NCBI GenBank assembly: GCA_029856435.1
Contig: JAHQXB010000076.1
Span: forward strand, 1-17,524
Length of the DNA stretch: 17,524 nucleotides
Origin: Candidatus Jordarchaeia archaeon
Lineage (GTDB): Archaea > Asgardarchaeota > Jordiarchaeia > Jordiarchaeales > Jordiarchaeaceae
Direction: 5' to 3'
Below are positions 14,418 to 17,524 of the stretch, one piece after another. Under the pieces are notes generated by a model, which was not told the origin of the DNA, ran no database searches, and was given only the letters and a program-made list of their open reading frames with translations. The position numbers and the translations under genes were made by a program. How positions within the stretch are numbered: the stretch's first letter is position 1; every line of letters begins with the position of its first letter.

Positions 14418-14518
14418 TGCTGGTTGCATTCCTATTAGTGAAATAGAAAAATGTTTGGGCTGTTTTCAGCCATAAGCTTTTTTTCTATTCAAAAGTTTGT
14501 TTAAAAAGATGAATTGAA

Positions 14519-14983
14519 ATGATTGAACCACAAGATGTTCTCATTGAAGATTTAAAACCAGGTCTTAAAAGCATAAATGTAAAATTCAAAGTCAAATCAC
14601 TTAACGAAGAAAGAGAAGTTGTGTCAAAAAGAACCGGTGAAAGCCTAAGGGTCTCCGAAGCACTAGTAGGCGATAGTTCGGGAGCCATTCTACTATCCCT
14701 CTGGAACGATGACATAGACAAGGTGAAAGAAAACCACATTTACAAGCTAAGCAACGGCTACACTTCAGTTTTCAAGAATTCTCTAAGACTAAACATAGGC
14801 AGGTACGGAAGCCTCGAGGAAGTTGAAGACGGCGAAGAGATGGAAGTAAACAGTGAAAACAACCTATCCGACAAGGTTTACGAGCAAGAAAGACGACGTA
14901 GGCCAAGCTATGGCGATTCCGGATCCAGATATGGGGGATCCCGACCATACAGAAGTGATAGAAGTAGAGGAAGAAGATATTAG
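14519..14983 (+). CDS. ssb: Crenarchaeal-type single-OB-fold ssDNA-binding protein
   Basis: IEDLKPGLKSINVKFKV, EALVGDSSGAILLSLWND and NGYTSVFKNSLRLNIGRYG are typical OB-fold SSB/RPA motifs; Arg/Gly/Ser-rich tail. Confidence 0.92.
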   Translation: MIEPQDVLIEDLKPGLKSINVKFKVKSLNEEREVVSKRTGESLRVSEALVGDSSGAILLSLWNDDIDKVKENHIYKLSNGYTSVFKNSLRLNIGRYGSLEEVEDGEEMEVNSENNLSDKVYEQERRRRPSYGDSGSRYGGSRPYRSDRSRGRRY

Positions 14984-15482
14984 TCTGAACTCCTCTTCAA
15001 TTTTTTAAAAACATTGTTGACTCACTCCGAGAATAAAGCCATTCTAAAAAATTTAGAATACCTCCTTGCAGAAACTTTTTAACGACTAAGAAGAACTGAA
15101 CTTTTAACTCTTGCAAGTATTTGGGTATAGTTCTTTTTTCATGCTATGCTCATAATTTTATTTTTTTACTTTTTTACCATTTTTTTGAATTTTTTGCAAT
15201 TTTACATTGTTAATTTGAAAAATTTCAATATACAAGACACTATTGGAAATGGTAAATCTTTGTAACAGGGCTTCTCTCTAAGAAGACTCTTAAAAGCAAA
15301 GTGTTGAATAAACCAATTCTGATTTATCAATTTCCACAGCCAAAAAATTATTAATTAAATAAAAGGCAAATGAAAAGAGATAACTTTATTTCGTGTCACT
15401 TCTTACCATTCACGGCAAAAATTTTTTCGAAACAATTATAACGGAAGCTTATCAGGCTGATTTATTTTAAGGAGGTAGCTTT

Positions 15483-15659
15483 ATGAGTAGTAAAGGTAGG
15501 GGAAAAGACGTAGCTTGTCCAAGGGGTCCCATATTCGCTGTGGGTCCGGGCGGTCTCGCCATATGCCTGTGCTGTGGAGAGACGGTGCCCCTAAAAGAGG
15601 GTGAATCATGTAAAGATATTAAGTGTCCCAAGTGTGAAACTCGTATGGTGAGATGCTAA
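15483..15659 (+). CDS. 58-aa Cys-rich Zn-finger-type microprotein
   Basis: MSSKGRGKDVACPRGPIFAVGPGGLAICLCCGETVPLKEGESCKDIKCPKCETRMVRC*. Strong AAGGAGGT RBS at 15470-15477. Matches the GPGG-x-C-x2-CG..C..CPKC..M-x-R pattern. Below the ORF-track cutoff. Confidence 0.85.
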   Translation: MSSKGRGKDVACPRGPIFAVGPGGLAICLCCGETVPLKEGESCKDIKCPKCETRMVRC

Positions 15660-15662
15660 CCT

Positions 15663-16781
15663 TTAGTCTCTTTTTGGGAAGTGGCGCAGACAAAACTTTA
15701 TTCCCGGAATAACGTTGTACGAGATTCCAATAATGTGTGGAGACAGGGCGGCTTTTGAATCAGAGTATATCTCGTATTCATGTTCGATTCCCAGCCCTAC
15801 TAATGTTTTATGAATTTCCCCAGTTACCTTCGCTATCATTAATTCATCGTTGGCTGCGGTTTTAAGCACCAATTTTACCTGTTTTAATGCCTGTGGATTT
15901 TCCCCAATCATGTAATTAAGGTTATGCTTGTACAGATTGTTGTAGGCTTCCTCATCCCCGCCGATGATTTCTCCACTTTTATCTCGTTTAATTGTGGGCA
16001 TTAATGGTTTATCCCTGGAGCATACCAAGTCTGCGGTGTGCAGAATATCGCTCCATAACATGGAACCATACTCTGCGGCTCTCTCCCTCCCAAAGAGCCT
16101 TTCGTGGATGGGAATAATCACATTCAAATTGAGCACGTCAACAGTTAAATTCGCGGGACTTAAAAACCACACAGGCCGCAAATTTTTCCGGGCGATGAAT
16201 AGCCATCACCATTGCCCCATATCCTCCCATAGAACCTCCAATTAAGCCTCTGTACCGTTTATCGGGGACGGTGCTGTAATTTGCATCAACATAATCTATG
16301 ATGTCCCTGACCACATAGTCCTCAAAGTTGCCCATGTAGGGGGAGTTGAGGTAGTAGCTTCCTTTTGTTTCCAGCTGTCCCGTAGGGTTTTTAAGGTCGT
16401 CCTTATTTGGCAGGTGTAGACTGCCATCAGGCTGCACAAAAATAAAAGGTTCCGGTTCCCCGCTTATTATGAGCCTGTCGAATTTTTCAAAAGAGGGCAA
16501 GCGGTCTAAATCCATTTCTGCGAGAACATTCTTGGGAATAAAAGCTACAGGAATAAGCATGTTATCTTCCAGACGCGAAGTCACAGTCCAACGCTTATTA
16601 TTTCCTGTATATCCCTTGCAAAAAGTAAATCACAAGATACCTTTTATCCCCAGAATCAAATAGCCGGGGGGAAGATAAATTGACAATTCTCGATCCACCG
16701 GGCTATTGATAGGTTTACTCTCCAGCTCCTAGCGCGAATAACATCAACACGATACCTATCACCATCAACTTTTTTAGCCAT
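15663..16781 (-). pseudogene. Alpha/beta-hydrolase (enterochelin esterase-like) interrupted by four frameshifts
   Basis: Reconstructed reading: MAKKVDGDRYRVDVIRARS/LESKPINSPVDRELSIYLPPGY/FDSGDKRYLVIYFLQ/GYTGNNKRWTVTS..GSYYLNSPYMGNFEDY..GLIGGSMGGYGA..KFAACVV/LSPANL. Indels near 16715, 16660, 16615 and 16162-16166. GxSxG elbow is intact. Confidence 0.85.
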
Positions 16782-16916
16782 AATCTCACGTTCAAGTTTT
16801 TGTTGTTAATTATTTCCAAGTTGATATAAACTTATTGTGGCCACATTCGCGAAAACCCGTTGGGGCATTGCCTTCAAATTCGTAATTATTAGTTAAAAGC
16901 CGAAACCAATTGGGCT

Positions 16917-17108
16917 TCAACCTATTCCTCTGTTTGTCCCATTATACCCCCCTTTACCTAGCCATTCGATTTTAAAACCTTCTTCCACTTCGCTTTGGAA
17001 AGGTATAACTTGATTTCTGAGATCAAAAAATTTTATGCTGGAATAATCCGGTAAGTAATCACTAAAATATGTGAATACACTCCTCAGGTTTTCATGCGGA
17101 AGGTTCAT
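16917..17108 (-). CDS. Short hypothetical protein, possibly a truncated gene
   Basis: ATG with GAGAGGGG RBS and an upstream TATA; 63 aa; ends shortly after LGKGGYN. Confidence 0.4.
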   Translation of the reverse strand: MNLPHENLRSVFTYFSDYLPDYSSIKFFDLRNQVIPFQSEVEEGFKIEWLGKGGYNGTNRGIG

Positions 17109-17125
17109 TGCCCCCTCTCGTTTGG

Positions 17126-17136
17126 TTTATATATAA
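17126..17136. promoter_or_regulatory. TATA tract shared by divergent genes
   Basis: TTTATATATAA reads as a TATA box on both strands, between ATG 17108 (-) and ATG 17189 (+). Confidence 0.5.
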
Positions 17137-17188
17137 TTCAAACATTTATTAAGTTAGAACATCTACTACAAATAGGTCAAGGATTCAA

Positions 17189-17524
17189 ATGACAATACCC
17201 AAAGAAGAGCTGAAAAAGATAATACTCGAACTACTAAAAACCGACGAAGAATTCAGAGGAGAACTCTACAAACTCTTTGCAGAGGCCACCCTCACAAGAC
17301 GCGAAATAGAATCCCTAACCAAAGAAATAAAAAATCTAACCGAAAAAATAGCCCACCAAACAGAAAACATAATAAAAAGCACCACAACCCTCCAAAAAAA
17401 CCTCGAACTAATGAGTAAGCGTATGGATAGCTTCGAGAATGAGATGAGGCTGCTAAGAGAGGAAACTGCTAAGCGTATGGATAGCTTCGAGAAGAGTCTC
17501 GAACTAATGAGTAAGCGTATGGAT
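17189..17524 (+). CDS. 5' part of a coiled-coil repeat protein (DUF3782/PD-(D/E)XK-associated-like N-terminus); runs off the window
   Basis: MTIPKEELKKIILELLKTDEEFRGELYKLF..LELMSKRMDSFENEMRLLREETAKRMDSFEKSLELMSKRMD is open for 112 codons. The L-K-x-D-E-E-F-R start is typical of these archaeal proteins. Not in the ORF track. Confidence 0.75.
   Translation, partial: MTIPKEELKKIILELLKTDEEFRGELYKLFAEATLTRREIESLTKEIKNLTEKIAHQTENIIKSTTTLQKNLELMSKRMDSFENEMRLLREETAKRMDSFEKSLELMSKRMD
17402..17524 (+). repeat. In-frame exact tandem repeat modules
   Basis: AAGCGTATGGATAGCTTCGAGAA at 17417 and 17471, with a third copy starting at 17513 (spacings 54 and 42 nt). CTCGAACTAATGAGTAAGCGTATGGAT at 17402 and 17498. 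Confidence 0.92.

Noticed and set aside
1041-14739. Antisense ORFs within real genes (e.g. 1041-1526, 3413-5460 set, 6007-7923 set, 8408-8650, 9907-10146, 12029-13350 set, 13671-14046, 14485-14739)
   Set aside because: Shadow ORFs opposite well-supported genes, with no motifs or RBS.
15041-15059. Palindrome ATTCTAAA-AAA-TTTAGAAT as an operator
   Set aside because: AT-rich, single copy, and not positioned near a promoter I could identify.

Overview
Archaeal DNA, judged from TTTATA-type TATA/BRE promoters, GGAGGT ribosome-binding sites, AGA/AGG-rich Arg usage in most genes and a crenarchaeal-type single-OB SSB. A membrane-anchored RING-variant protein suggests an Asgard/TACK-like host, but this is inference. 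Most of the window is an accessory catabolic region: an acetone-carboxylase-like acxABC operon, a divergently transcribed amidohydrolase-2 decarboxylase with bacterial-style Arg codons, an MFS transporter, a threonine-synthase-like PLP enzyme that appears to have lost its substrate-phosphate residues, and a multiply frameshifted esterase. Also present are a nucleotidyltransferase, a gamma-glutamylcyclotransferase, two SSB paralogues about 14.4 kb apart, a 58-aa Zn-finger microprotein missed by the ORF track, and the start of a repeat-expanded coiled-coil protein. The most striking unexplained feature is a 422-bp ORF-less element (2455-2876, minus strand). It has both IS200/IS605-type end hairpins with matching guide/cleavage tetranucleotides and encloses about 350 nt of densely base-paired RNA. 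It is a candidate stand-alone, mobile guide-RNA (omegaRNA-like) cassette. A second candidate structured RNA lies at 11514-11639. All structures were folded by eye, and comparisons to reference proteins are from memory.
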